The notes under the pieces: generated by a model | The model's input: only the letters and a program-made list of their open reading frames with translations | Told to the model about the DNA's origin: nothing | The model's database searches: none | Origin: an uncultured Acidobacteriota bacterium | GTDB lineage: Bacteria > Acidobacteriota > Blastocatellia > RBC074 | Direction of reading: 5' to 3' | Length of the DNA stretch: 64,000 nucleotides | Assembly: GCA_963796275.1 (NCBI GenBank) | Contig: CAWCKY010000006.1 | Location: 96,001 to 160,000 of the forward strand | Part shown: in pieces, positions 50,570-60,900 of the stretch | How the letters are laid out: each line of letters begins with the position of its first letter | Position numbering within the stretch: the first letter of the stretch is position 1 | Translations under genes and position numbers: made by a program

Positions 50570-53500
50570 GTGAGTAAATCGAAGACACACAATTCAGCAG
50601 ATGGCGTTGCCATCATCGGCTTGGCCGGACGGTTTCCCGGCGCCAGAAATATAAACGAGTTTTGGCAGAACCTGCGCGATGGGATGGAGACGATATCATT
50701 CTACTCCGACGAAGAGCTGAAGGCTTCGGGCGTGGATCCCGCGCTACTTGATGACCCTGGCTACGTCAAAGCGCACGGCGCCATCGATGGAATCGAGTGG
50801 TTCGATGCACCGTTCTTCGGCGTCAATCCGCGCGAAGCCGGGATCATGGATCCTCAACAACGCCTCTTCCAGGAGTGCGCCTGGGAGGCGCTTGAGGACG
50901 CGGGCTACAACCCTGAGAAATACGAAGGGTCGATCGCCGTCTATGCCGGCGTCGGTGTGCCCACATACGCAATGGTCAACGTTTTTTCAAACCCCGGCCT
51001 CAGACAATCCGTGGGCGCGCTACAGACTTCCATTCGCAATCGAACCGATCACCTGGCGACACAGGTCTCTTACAAACTCAATCTGAGGGGGCCGGGGGTC
51101 ACCGTTCAGACCGCCTGTTCTACTTCGCTGGTTGCTGTTCATCTCGCCTGCCAGAGCTTACTAGGCGGCGAATGCGATATCGCTATGGCCGGCGGCGTTA
51201 CCATCGCAATTCCCCAAAAAGCCGGGTATCTCTATCAAGAGGGAGGCATTCTTTCTCCCGATGGACACTGCCGAGCTTTTGATGCCAGGGCTCAGGGAAC
51301 GGTCCCGGGCAGCGGCGCCGGCGTCGTCGTCTTGAAGCGATTGGGAGATGCCCTGGCAGATGGCGATTGCATCCACGCCGTGATCAGAGGATCGGCGATC
51401 AACAACGACGGTTCTATGAAAGTCGGTTACACCGCACCGGGCGTGGACGGCCAGGCCCAGGTTATCGCTGAAGCTATGGCGGTGGCCGACGTTGAGCCTG
51501 AGACGATCTCCTATATCGAGACGCACGGAACGGGAACAAATCTGGGCGATCCGATCGAGATCGAAGCCCTGGCGCGCGCCTTTCGCGGCGACTCTGATAA
51601 AAAGGGATTCTGCGCTGTCGGTGCGGTCAAGAGCAATATCGGGCATTTAGACACGGCCGCCGGCGTGGCGGGGTTGATCAAGACTGTGCTCGCGCTCAGA
51701 CACAAACAGATTCCGCCCAGCCTCCATTACGATCAACCCAATCCGAGGATCGATTTCGAGAACAGCCCTTTCTACGTCAACACCAGGCTTTCCGAGTGGA
51801 AAAGGGGAGAGACGCCGCGCCGGGCCGGCGTCAGCTCTTTCGGGCTCGGCGGGACCAATGCCCACATCGTGCTTGAAGAGGCGCCCGACGAGCTTGATCT
51901 GTCCGGCGCGTCCGATGTCGTGGATTCAGGCGATGGTAGAGCCTGGCGGGCGCTGTTGCTTTCGGCCAGAACGAGCTCCGCGCTGGAGAATGCGACCGCA
52001 CAATTGGCCGAATATCTGCAGGGACACGCGGAAGCCAATCTCGCCGATATCGCTTACACGTTGCAGGTCGGCCGAAAGGCTTTCGGACGGCGTCGGGCAG
52101 TTATTTGCCGCAATGGCGACGCGGTTGTTTCGCTTGAGACATTAGACCCCAAGCGGGTTTACACCGGCGTTCAAGAAGCCAGGGAAAGACCGGTGGTCTT
52201 CATGTTCCCCGGGCAGGGCGCGCAATACGTGAATATGGGGTTGGACCTTTACCAGGTGGAGCCGGTTTTCCGTGAGCATGTCGCTCGATGCTGCGAACTG
52301 CTCAAGACTCATATTGGGTTTGATCTGCGTGATGTGCTTTATCCAAGTCAGGATCCGCTCAGCGATGATTGGCCAGGTCAGGATTGGCCGAGTCAGAATT
52401 GGCGCGGTCAGGATTGGATCGAGGAGGCTGCGGAGTTATTGAAGCAGACCTGGGTCACGCAGCCGGCGTTGTTCGTGATCGAGTACGCGCTGGCCCGGTT
52501 GTGGATGGAGTGGGGAGTGCACCCGCGGGCGATGATCGGCCACAGCGTCGGAGAATACGTGGCGGCCTGTCTATCGGGAGTTCTCTCGCTGAAGGACGCT
52601 CTGGCGCTGGTGGCTGCGCGAGGGCGATTGATGCAGAGCCTTCCCGAAGGCGCCATGCTCGTGGTTCCGCTTTCGGAGCCGGAGTTACTGCCGCTGCTCA
52701 CGCGACGGCTTTCACTGGCTGCGGTCAACGGCTCGGCGACGTGCGTGATCTCCGGTCCTACTGACGACGTAGTCGAATTGGAGCGGCGACTGACGGCACG
52801 GGGATTGGGTTGCCGCCGCCTGCATACCTCGCACGCGTTTCATTCGCAGATGATGGACCCCATCCTGGATCCATTTGCCGAAGAGGTGAAAAAGATCAAG
52901 CTGAGTCCGCCGAATATCCCATATCTGTCCAATGTCACCGGCTCATGGATCAGGGCTGATGAGGCGACCGACCCCAACTATTGGGCGAAACATCTGCGCC
53001 AGACTGTGCGATTCGCCGATGGATCGCGGGAATTGGTCAAGGATCAGGATTGGGTTCTGCTGGAGGTAGGCCCGGGTAAGACGTTGATGACGCTGGTCAG
53101 ATGGCATCCCGAAAGAGTTGCCGGGCAGATCGCGCTGACTTCGCTGCCGCAGCCGGCGCCGGCGGCGCAGGATGTGACCCAGCGAATCCATGGAAGTTTA
53201 CCGGAAGATTTGGTTGAAAATGTGGATTCCGCGTTCTTGCTGAAGACCCTGAGCCGGCTCTGGATTGCGGGCGCGGAGGTGGATTGGACCGCGTATTACT
53301 CCAACGAGCAACGACGCCGCGTCCCGCTTCCGACGTATCCATTCGAGCGTCAACGTTACTGGGTAGAACCGCAGACTCAGACATATGGGGGCGTTCACAC
53401 GCAAACGGCGTTGCTCAAGAAGCCGAACATCGCCGATTGGTTTTATGTACCCTCCTGGAGGAGGTCGGCGCCGCATTCGCCCGTTGAGGCTCTTGAATTG

Positions 53501-56500
53501 GCGGATCGGGAAGCGCCATGGCTGTTGTTCGTCGATGAATGTGGGCTGGGCAATCAAATGACGCGCCGTCTGGAGCAGATGGGCCAGGATGTTATTTGCG
53601 TGGCGATGGGAGAGGAGTTTGGCGAACGCGGCGATGGCGCATACATGATTAACCCGCGACAAGGCGCCGACTATCAAGCTCTGCTGCAATTGCTGCGAGC
53701 GCGGAAAAAGCTTCCGCAAAAGATAGTTCACCTGTGGGGCGTCGCGCAGGACGCGGAACCCGAGCAGGCGTTAAACAACGGCTTCCATAGCCTGCTGTTA
53801 CTGGCCCAGGCGATCGGCGCGGAGAAGATAACTGATCAACTCCAAATCGAAATCGTTACCAATAACATGCAAGAAGTTGTCGGCGGCGAGACCCTCTACC
53901 CGGAGAAGGCCGCCGCCATCGGCGCCTGCCGAGCCATTTCGCAGGAATACCAGAACATCGCCTGCCGGAGTATAGATATTGCCCTGCCAGGTTCGGCCCT
54001 GACAGATAGCGAGGGATTGCCGAAGGAGCGATTGGTTGACCAACTCATCTCGGAAGTCGCAGCCGGGCCGAAGCCATCTGAAAGTGTAATAGCCTACCGC
54101 GGCCATCATCGCTGGTCGCAGACCTTTGAACCTATGTCACTGCGTGGTTCGGCCGAGCGCTGGTTGCGGCTGCAGACGGGCGGCGCCTATCTCATTACCG
54201 GTGGGATGGGCGGGATCGGTCTCGAGCTGGCGGAACATCTGGCGCGCGCCGTGCGTGCCAAGCTGATCTTGACCGGACGTTCTGCTTTTCCAGAGAGAGA
54301 GACTTGGGATGAATGGCTGGCCGCGCACGATGAACAGGACGCGGTGAGCTATAAGATTCGGAAGCTCAGGTCTATCGAAAATCTTGGGGCGGAAGTATCG
54401 GTCCTCTGCGCAGATGTAACTGATAAAGAGCGGATGCGAGATGTGATCGAGCGTTTCGGCCCGATTCACGGCGTAATCCACTCAGCGGGCGTGGCCGGCG
54501 GCGGCATGATCCAGTTGAAGACGCCGGAGGCGGCGGCCGGCGTTCTGGCTCCCAAGGTACAAGGAACGCGCGTGCTCGAAGAGATATTAAAAGACCAGAA
54601 GATGGATTTCCTCGTGCTCTGTTCCTCGCGCAGCTCGATCCTAGGGGGATTTGGCCAGGCGGATTATTGCGCCGCCAACGCGTTTCTCGACGCATTCGCC
54701 CACTACCACAATGCCAGCAGCGATACCTTCACTGTCTCGATCAATTGGGCTGGCTGGCAGGAAGTAGGCATGCGCGCTGACACACTGGCCCAACTGGGAG
54801 TCAAGACGAATCAGCAACCATCCACAGTTATAGAGATCGGGCATCCGTTGCTGGAGAGATGTATAGAAGCTACGCCTGAACGCGCAACCTATTCCACCCA
54901 ATTCGGCGTCAGCACTCACTGGGTTTTGGATGACCATCGTATTATGCGCCAGCCAGTCATTCCCGGAACGACATATCTGGAGATGATTCGCGCCGCGTTG
55001 GAGAGGCACGCGGATGGCCGCACCCCGGAACTGCGCGATGTCTTTTTCCTCTCAGCCCTGCCCGTCAGAGAAGACGAGACCAGGGAGGTTCGGGCTGTCA
55101 TAGAAAAAAGCGGAGACAAGAATGAAGACGAATTCGAGTTCAGGGTCTTGAGCAAAATGCAGTCGGCCGGCGACGAAACCTGGCAGGAGTTCGTGATCGG
55201 CAAAGCCCGCTTGACAGAGCCGGAGCCGCCGAAGCGTCACGACATCAAAGCGCTCATCGAAAAGTGTAACATCAGGGAAGTCATTATCACGGACGACAAT
55301 CCAATCGTCACCTACGAAGACTTGGGTCCCAGGTGGCAAAGTCTCAAACAGGTCTTCATCGGCCACAACGAACTGGTCGCTGTGTTGGAGTTGCCAGAAG
55401 CCTTCGCGGCGGATGTCGAGACGTACAAACTGCATCCCGCCCTGCTGGACAAGGCCAATTTCACAGCTAAAGTCTTCCTGGCAGCCGAGGGGTTGCACCT
55501 GCCGATGTCATACCGGGGGCTGCGGATCAAACGGCCATTACCCAGCAAGATCTATGCGTACGCCAGATACAAACCGAACGGCGATCCATTGTTCGAAACG
55601 ATCACCTTCGACGTCATCCTGATGGATGAAGACGGACTGGAACTGGTGGAGATTGACGAGTTCAGTCAGAAACGGGTGAGAGAAGTCGCCGAGTCAATTA
55701 AAGCGATGGGCATTCAGGAAGCCCGCCGCAATGTTGCCAATCGTAACGGCGCGAACCGCTATAGTAGCGCGAATGGAGGGACCAGCAGTGATGGGCGCGA
55801 GATACTCAACGAAGGAATGTCGCTCCGCGAAGGGGTCGAAGCGTTCAGACGTATTCTGGCCTACAACACGTCGCCGCAGGTGATCGTCTCGCCCAATGAT
55901 TTAATGGCCGTAATCGAGCAGTCGCAGGCCGTGAGAGAAATGCGCCTGACGGAAGATCTGGGGAGTCTCGATGTAGCCCGGCCCAGGCATGCGCGGCCCG
56001 ATGTGCAAACCGCCTATGCCGCTCCGCGCAACGAACTGGAACAGACCCTGGCCGATATCTGGCAAGAGACGCTCGGGATCGAGCAAGTAGGCGTCCACGA
56101 CAACTTTTTCGAGCTGGGCGGTGATTCCGTGGTCGGCATTCAAATGACCGCCCGTTTCAAACGGGCGGGCTATCAGTTATCGCCGCTGCAGCTTTTCCAG
56201 AATCAGACCATCGCCGAGTTGGCTGTGGCTCTTGGCTCAACCCTGCCCGTAAAGATCGAGCAGGGAGTGGTCACAGGGCTGGTCCCATTGACGCCAAGCC
56301 AGCGATGGTTCTTTGAACAGAACTTGCCGGACCCGCAATATTTCAACCAGGCGTTGCTCTTGGATGTGCGGCAAGGTATAGACCCCATTTTGTTGAAGGC
56401 TGTCGTTCATAAGCTGCTGGAGCATCACGACGCGTTGCGCCTGCGCTTTGAACAAAATGAGTCTGGCTGGACACAGATCAACAATGGAACCGATGAGACG

Positions 56501-57808
56501 ATCCCGTTCATGCGGATTGATCTGTCACAAACGCCCGTGTCGAAGCGAGAATCGGCCATCAGGACCAAAGCCGCCGAATTGCAGGCTGGCCTGGATCTCA
56601 GCAGCGGCCCGCTTGTGCGATTCGCTCTCTTTGAGTTTGAAACTCTAGATTTCAATAAAAAGGAATTTGGAGCTCCGCCTTCAGGCGGTGAGTTTGTCGG
56701 GTCACAAAGACTGGCTGAAGCAGGAACTCCCAACCGGTTACTGATCGTCGCTCACAATCTGGTCATTGACAGCGTCTCGTGGGGGATTCTGCTGTCGGAT
56801 ATGGACACGGCGTATCAGCAACTTGCCCAAAGTGGCAGGGGCGAGCCATTTCTACTTCCGCCCAAAACCAGTTCGTTCAAGCAATGGGCCGAAAATTTGG
56901 CGAAGTATGCGCAATCGGATGCGCTGCGGCAAGAGGGCGACTACTGGCTGTTGGAATCGAGCAGGCGCGTCGATCCTCTGCCCATTGAGCGCTTTTCGGG
57001 CGCCAATACGGAGGCGTCTGCAAATGTCGTTTCGGTCTCGTTGGAGGTCGAAGAGACTCAAGCCTTGCTGCAAGAGGCGCCGCAGGCTTATCACGCCACG
57101 GTCAATGACCTGCTGCTGACTGCCGTCGCGCAGGCTTTCGCTCGGTGGACGGGAAATGGCTCGCTGCTGATCGAGCTGGAGGACCACAGTCGTGATGCCC
57201 TGGTCGGAGGCCTGGACCTTTCCCATACGGTGGGTTCGTTCAGTGCGGTCTATCCGATAGTACTCGAATTGGCGGATGGCGGCGATCCGATGGAAGCGTT
57301 GGGCGAATCGTTGAAGGCGATCAAAGAACAACTGCGCCGCGTTCCCGGGGGCGGCTTCGGCTACGGCCTGTTGCGCTATCTGAGCGGGAATGAAGAGATA
57401 GCGGAGAGGCTACGATCTTTACATCAGGCGGAGGTGAGATTCAGCTACCTGGGCCAGTTCGATCAGGTTTTGCAGGAATCTTCTCCGTTTATGCCGAGCC
57501 GCCGCACTATAGGCGCGCTCCGCAGCCCGCGAAGAGATCGCAGTCATTTGCTGGAGATCAACGGCGTCACCCAGCGAGGGCGGCTGCGACTGGATTGGAC
57601 TTACAGCGAAAATTTGCATCGCCGTGCGACGATCGAGCGTCTCGCTCAGGATTTCGTCGAAGCGTTGCGGCGATTGATCGCGCATTGCCAGAGCCCAGAA
57701 GTTGGTGGCTATACCCCATCCGATTTTCCGCTGGCCAATGTCAGCCAGAGACAGCTTGACGGCCTGATAGCCAGATTCAGTAAGACGCAGACTTCAGTTA
57801 AGCGCTGA
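50570..57808 (+). CDS. Hybrid PKS KS-AT-KR(with inserted DH)-ACP-E (degenerate)
   Basis: KS: QTACSTS. AT: GHSVG, HAFH. KR: GGMGGIG, YCAAN. DH: HRIMRQPVIP, HPALLD. ACP: LGGDSV. E-like domain with HNLVID, EDHSR and TPSDFP. GTG 50570 follows GGAGG. Confidence 0.93.
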   Translation: MSKSKTHNSADGVAIIGLAGRFPGARNINEFWQNLRDGMETISFYSDEELKASGVDPALLDDPGYVKAHGAIDGIEWFDAPFFGVNPREAGIMDPQQRLFQECAWEALEDAGYNPEKYEGSIAVYAGVGVPTYAMVNVFSNPGLRQSVGALQTSIRNRTDHLATQVSYKLNLRGPGVTVQTACSTSLVAVHLACQSLLGGECDIAMAGGVTIAIPQKAGYLYQEGGILSPDGHCRAFDARAQGTVPGSGAGVVVLKRLGDALADGDCIHAVIRGSAINNDGSMKVGYTAPGVDGQAQVIAEAMAVADVEPETISYIETHGTGTNLGDPIEIEALARAFRGDSDKKGFCAVGAVKSNIGHLDTAAGVAGLIKTVLALRHKQIPPSLHYDQPNPRIDFENSPFYVNTRLSEWKRGETPRRAGVSSFGLGGTNAHIVLEEAPDELDLSGASDVVDSGDGRAWRALLLSARTSSALENATAQLAEYLQGHAEANLADIAYTLQVGRKAFGRRRAVICRNGDAVVSLETLDPKRVYTGVQEARERPVVFMFPGQGAQYVNMGLDLYQVEPVFREHVARCCELLKTHIGFDLRDVLYPSQDPLSDDWPGQDWPSQNWRGQDWIEEAAELLKQTWVTQPALFVIEYALARLWMEWGVHPRAMIGHSVGEYVAACLSGVLSLKDALALVAARGRLMQSLPEGAMLVVPLSEPELLPLLTRRLSLAAVNGSATCVISGPTDDVVELERRLTARGLGCRRLHTSHAFHSQMMDPILDPFAEEVKKIKLSPPNIPYLSNVTGSWIRADEATDPNYWAKHLRQTVRFADGSRELVKDQDWVLLEVGPGKTLMTLVRWHPERVAGQIALTSLPQPAPAAQDVTQRIHGSLPEDLVENVDSAFLLKTLSRLWIAGAEVDWTAYYSNEQRRRVPLPTYPFERQRYWVEPQTQTYGGVHTQTALLKKPNIADWFYVPSWRRSAPHSPVEALELADREAPWLLFVDECGLGNQMTRRLEQMGQDVICVAMGEEFGERGDGAYMINPRQGADYQALLQLLRARKKLPQKIVHLWGVAQDAEPEQALNNGFHSLLLLAQAIGAEKITDQLQIEIVTNNMQEVVGGETLYPEKAAAIGACRAISQEYQNIACRSIDIALPGSALTDSEGLPKERLVDQLISEVAAGPKPSESVIAYRGHHRWSQTFEPMSLRGSAERWLRLQTGGAYLITGGMGGIGLELAEHLARAVRAKLILTGRSAFPERETWDEWLAAHDEQDAVSYKIRKLRSIENLGAEVSVLCADVTDKERMRDVIERFGPIHGVIHSAGVAGGGMIQLKTPEAAAGVLAPKVQGTRVLEEILKDQKMDFLVLCSSRSSILGGFGQADYCAANAFLDAFAHYHNASSDTFTVSINWAGWQEVGMRADTLAQLGVKTNQQPSTVIEIGHPLLERCIEATPERATYSTQFGVSTHWVLDDHRIMRQPVIPGTTYLEMIRAALERHADGRTPELRDVFFLSALPVREDETREVRAVIEKSGDKNEDEFEFRVLSKMQSAGDETWQEFVIGKARLTEPEPPKRHDIKALIEKCNIREVIITDDNPIVTYEDLGPRWQSLKQVFIGHNELVAVLELPEAFAADVETYKLHPALLDKANFTAKVFLAAEGLHLPMSYRGLRIKRPLPSKIYAYARYKPNGDPLFETITFDVILMDEDGLELVEIDEFSQKRVREVAESIKAMGIQEARRNVANRNGANRYSSANGGTSSDGREILNEGMSLREGVEAFRRILAYNTSPQVIVSPNDLMAVIEQSQAVREMRLTEDLGSLDVARPRHARPDVQTAYAAPRNELEQTLADIWQETLGIEQVGVHDNFFELGGDSVVGIQMTARFKRAGYQLSPLQLFQNQTIAELAVALGSTLPVKIEQGVVTGLVPLTPSQRWFFEQNLPDPQYFNQALLLDVRQGIDPILLKAVVHKLLEHHDALRLRFEQNESGWTQINNGTDETIPFMRIDLSQTPVSKRESAIRTKAAELQAGLDLSSGPLVRFALFEFETLDFNKKEFGAPPSGGEFVGSQRLAEAGTPNRLLIVAHNLVIDSVSWGILLSDMDTAYQQLAQSGRGEPFLLPPKTSSFKQWAENLAKYAQSDALRQEGDYWLLESSRRVDPLPIERFSGANTEASANVVSVSLEVEETQALLQEAPQAYHATVNDLLLTAVAQAFARWTGNGSLLIELEDHSRDALVGGLDLSHTVGSFSAVYPIVLELADGGDPMEALGESLKAIKEQLRRVPGGGFGYGLLRYLSGNEEIAERLRSLHQAEVRFSYLGQFDQVLQESSPFMPSRRTIGALRSPRRDRSHLLEINGVTQRGRLRLDWTYSENLHRRATIERLAQDFVEALRRLIAHCQSPEVGGYTPSDFPLANVSQRQLDGLIARFSKTQTSVKR
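52367..52417 (+). repeat. 15-bp in-frame tandem repeat (DWPGQ-DWPSQ-NWRGQ-DW) in the AT domain
   Basis: GATTGGCCAGGTCAG-like unit, about 3.4 copies. Confidence 0.85.
56666..56734. repeat. REP-like palindrome inserted in frame in the E domain
   Basis: TTTGGAGCTCCGCCTTCAGGCGG ... CTGGCTGAAGCAGGAACTCCCAA; absent from the paralogous E domain at ~61550. Confidence 0.75.
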
Positions 57809-57834
57809 CGGAAAAGTTTCGAGGCGCAATTGTC

Positions 57835-57947
57835 TTTCATTTTACATTTATCATTTTACATATGTCATTTGTCGTTGATTGCATCATTCAGGGGCGAATG
57901 AATGACGAATGACAAAATTACGAATGACAAATGGAAAATGAAAAATA
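57835..57947. repeat. Heptamer-repeat hairpin, (TTTKTCA-like)n ... (AATGACA-like)n
   Basis: Period-7 arms between the PKS stop and the NRPS start. Confidence 0.85.
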
Positions 57948-57980
57948 CCGAACAATTTTTGCCTGACCGCTTAGGTGAGT

Positions 57981-60900
57981 ATGGAAATTCAAGATTTGTA
58001 TCCTCTGTCTCCGTTGCAACAGGGGATGCTCTTTCATGATCTCTACGCCCCGGAGTCTGGGATGTATGTCGAACGTCTCAGGTACACGATCCGGGGAGAC
58101 CTGAACGTGGCGGCGTTCGAGCAGGCCTGGCGACAAGTGGTGGAGCGTCACCCGGTCTTGCGTTCGGCTTTCATTTGGGAAGAAGTGGATGAGCCGCTGC
58201 AGGCCGTATTCCGCGAAGTAGAGACCCCCCTGGAATTCCAGGATTGGCGCGGTGCGCCTGTCGCCGAGCAGGAAGAGCGGTTGCAGGCTCATCTTGCTGG
58301 GATATTGCAGAGAGGATTCAAACTCTCCCGGCCGCCGCTTCAGATGTTGACTCTGATCCAAATGTCGGACCGGATCAGCGAGTTTATCTGGAGCTATCAC
58401 CACCTGCTGCTTGATGGGTGGTCGGTCTCCTTGATTCTGGGCGAGATCATCACGCTCTACGAAGCCTTCTGCCAGAGACAGAATGCGCAATTGGAAAAGA
58501 TCCGCCCCTATCGCGACTACATCGCCTGGCTGAAGCGCCAGGATCAAGCCGAAGCCGAGGCCTTCTGGCGCAAAGCGTTGAAGGGGTTTACCCCTCCAGC
58601 TGCTATCTCGATGAACGGAGCGCACGACGACCTGACTGGACGGCAAGAGGACTACGAATCGCTGCAGATGCGCCTTTCAATAGAGACGGGTGAAAGATTG
58701 GATGCTTTCGCCCGCCGGCATCGTTTGACAGTGAATACCGTGGTGCAGGGGGGCTGGGCGTTGCTGCTGAGCTGCTATAGCGGGGAGCAGGACGTGGTCT
58801 TTGGAGAGGTTGTCTCCGGCCGCCCGCCTGATTTGGCTGGGTCGGAGTCGATGGTGGGCATGTTCATCAATACCTTGCCAGTGCGGACGCAGGTATCCCC
58901 TGAAACTTCGGTGTTGTCCTGGCTGGAGCGACTCCAGGCGCGGCAAATCGAGGCGCGCCGGTACGAATACAACCCGTTGGTCAAAGTGAGGGAGTGGAGT
59001 GAAGCGCCGCGCGGGCTGCCATTGTTTGAGAGCATCGTCGTCTTTGAAAACCCGACAATGGGCGTCCGGTTAGGCCGTCAGGAAGGAAGCCCGGAGATCA
59101 GCTATTCGACCCATTACGCCACTATCACAGGCTATCCGCTCACCGTGGTGATCGAGCCAGGCCCCGAGGGTGTGTTGGTGGTATTTACCTATGATCGCCG
59201 TCGCTTCAAGTCCGACGTGATACAGCGAATGCAGATGCGTTTCCAAACCTTGTTAGATGGCGTCCTGGCCGATCCCGAACGACGCCTCTCGGATTTGCCG
59301 CTGTTGACGAAGGCCGAAGAGCGGCAGCTTGTTCGAGAGTGGAATCGCGCTCAGGCTGAGCATTCGACAGAGGCATGCTTTCATCAGTTGTTTGAGGCGC
59401 AGACCGAGCGCACGCCCGATGCGGTGGCCGTCGTTTTTGAAGATAACCAACTGGATTATCAGGAGCTGAATAAACGTGCGAATGAGTTGGCGCATCATTT
59501 GCGCAACCTAGGCGTGGGGCCGGAGGTGTTGGTGGGCGTCTGTCTGGAGCCTTCCATCGAAATGATGGTGGGCTTGTTGGGCACACTTAAAGCAGGTGGC
59601 GCTTATGTGCCGTTGGATCCGAGCTATCCGGAAGAGCGTCTGGCTTTTATGCTGGAAGATGCCGACGTGGCGGTTTTGCTCACGCAACAAAAATTGGCGG
59701 AGCGACTGCCCAAGCGTCAGGCCCAAGTCGTTTGCCTCGATGCCGACTGTGAGAGCATCGCTAAACGGAGTGGAAGGAATCCGGCCAACCAATCGGGACC
59801 AGATAATCTGGCTTATGTGATTTATACCTCTGGGTCCACGGGCAAGCCTAAAGGAACATTGATCACGCATCGCGGATTGACCAATTACTTACACTGGTGT
59901 CTTTCTGCTTACCCGTTGCAGGAAGGTCGCGGTTCGCTGGTTAACTCCACCATTGCCTTTGACGCCACCATCACCGCGATCTTCAGCCCATTATTGGCCG
60001 GACGTACCGTCAGATTGCTTCCTGACATTATCGACGTCGAAGCGCTGGGGACCGCGCTGGGCCAGGAAGGAAATTACAGTCTGATCAAAATTACTCCGGC
60101 GCACCTGGAAATTCTCAGCCACCAATTGTCGCCGGAAAAAGCTGGCGCACTTGCCAGGTCATTCATCATCGGAGGAGAAAACCTGGTGGCGGATCGAGTC
60201 GCCTTTTGGCAAGAACATGCGCCCGATACGCTTTTATTTAACGAATATGGTCCTACCGAGACCGTGGTGGGCTGCGCGGTCTTCGAGGCGCGCCAATGGC
60301 GGGGAAGAGGCTCGGTGCCCATCGGCCGGCCAATTCACAACACGCAGGTTTATGTTCTGGATGGTCACCGACGGCCGGTTCCGATCGGGGTGGCAGGTGA
60401 ATTATTCATCGGCGGCGTTGGTGTGGCGCGCGGCTATTTGAATCTGCCCGGGCTGACCGCCGAAAAGTTCGTCCCCGATCCATTTTCTGATGAGCCGAAG
60501 GCCCGACTGTATCGGACTGGAGATATGGTGCGTTATCACGCTGACGGGAATATGGAATTCCTGGGACGCGCTGATGAACAAGTCAAGATTCGAGGTTACC
60601 GTATCGAGTTGGGAGAGATCGAATCGGTGCTGAACCAGCACCCCGCGGTGTGTGAGAGCGCGGTCATCGCTCAAGATGACAAACGCGGTAATAAGCGTCT
60701 GGTAGCTTACCTCGTCACCGATCCCGCGGCCTCGCTTTCCGAGCTTTCAAGCAAAGAGTTGCGCGGATTCATCAAGACGAAGCTGCCAGACTATATGGTG
60801 CCTTCGGCCTTTGCATTGCTGGATGCTTTGCCCCTGACGCCGAACGGTAAAGTTGATCGCCGGGCGCTGCCCTCGTTGCATGAATCACGGTCTGATTCGC

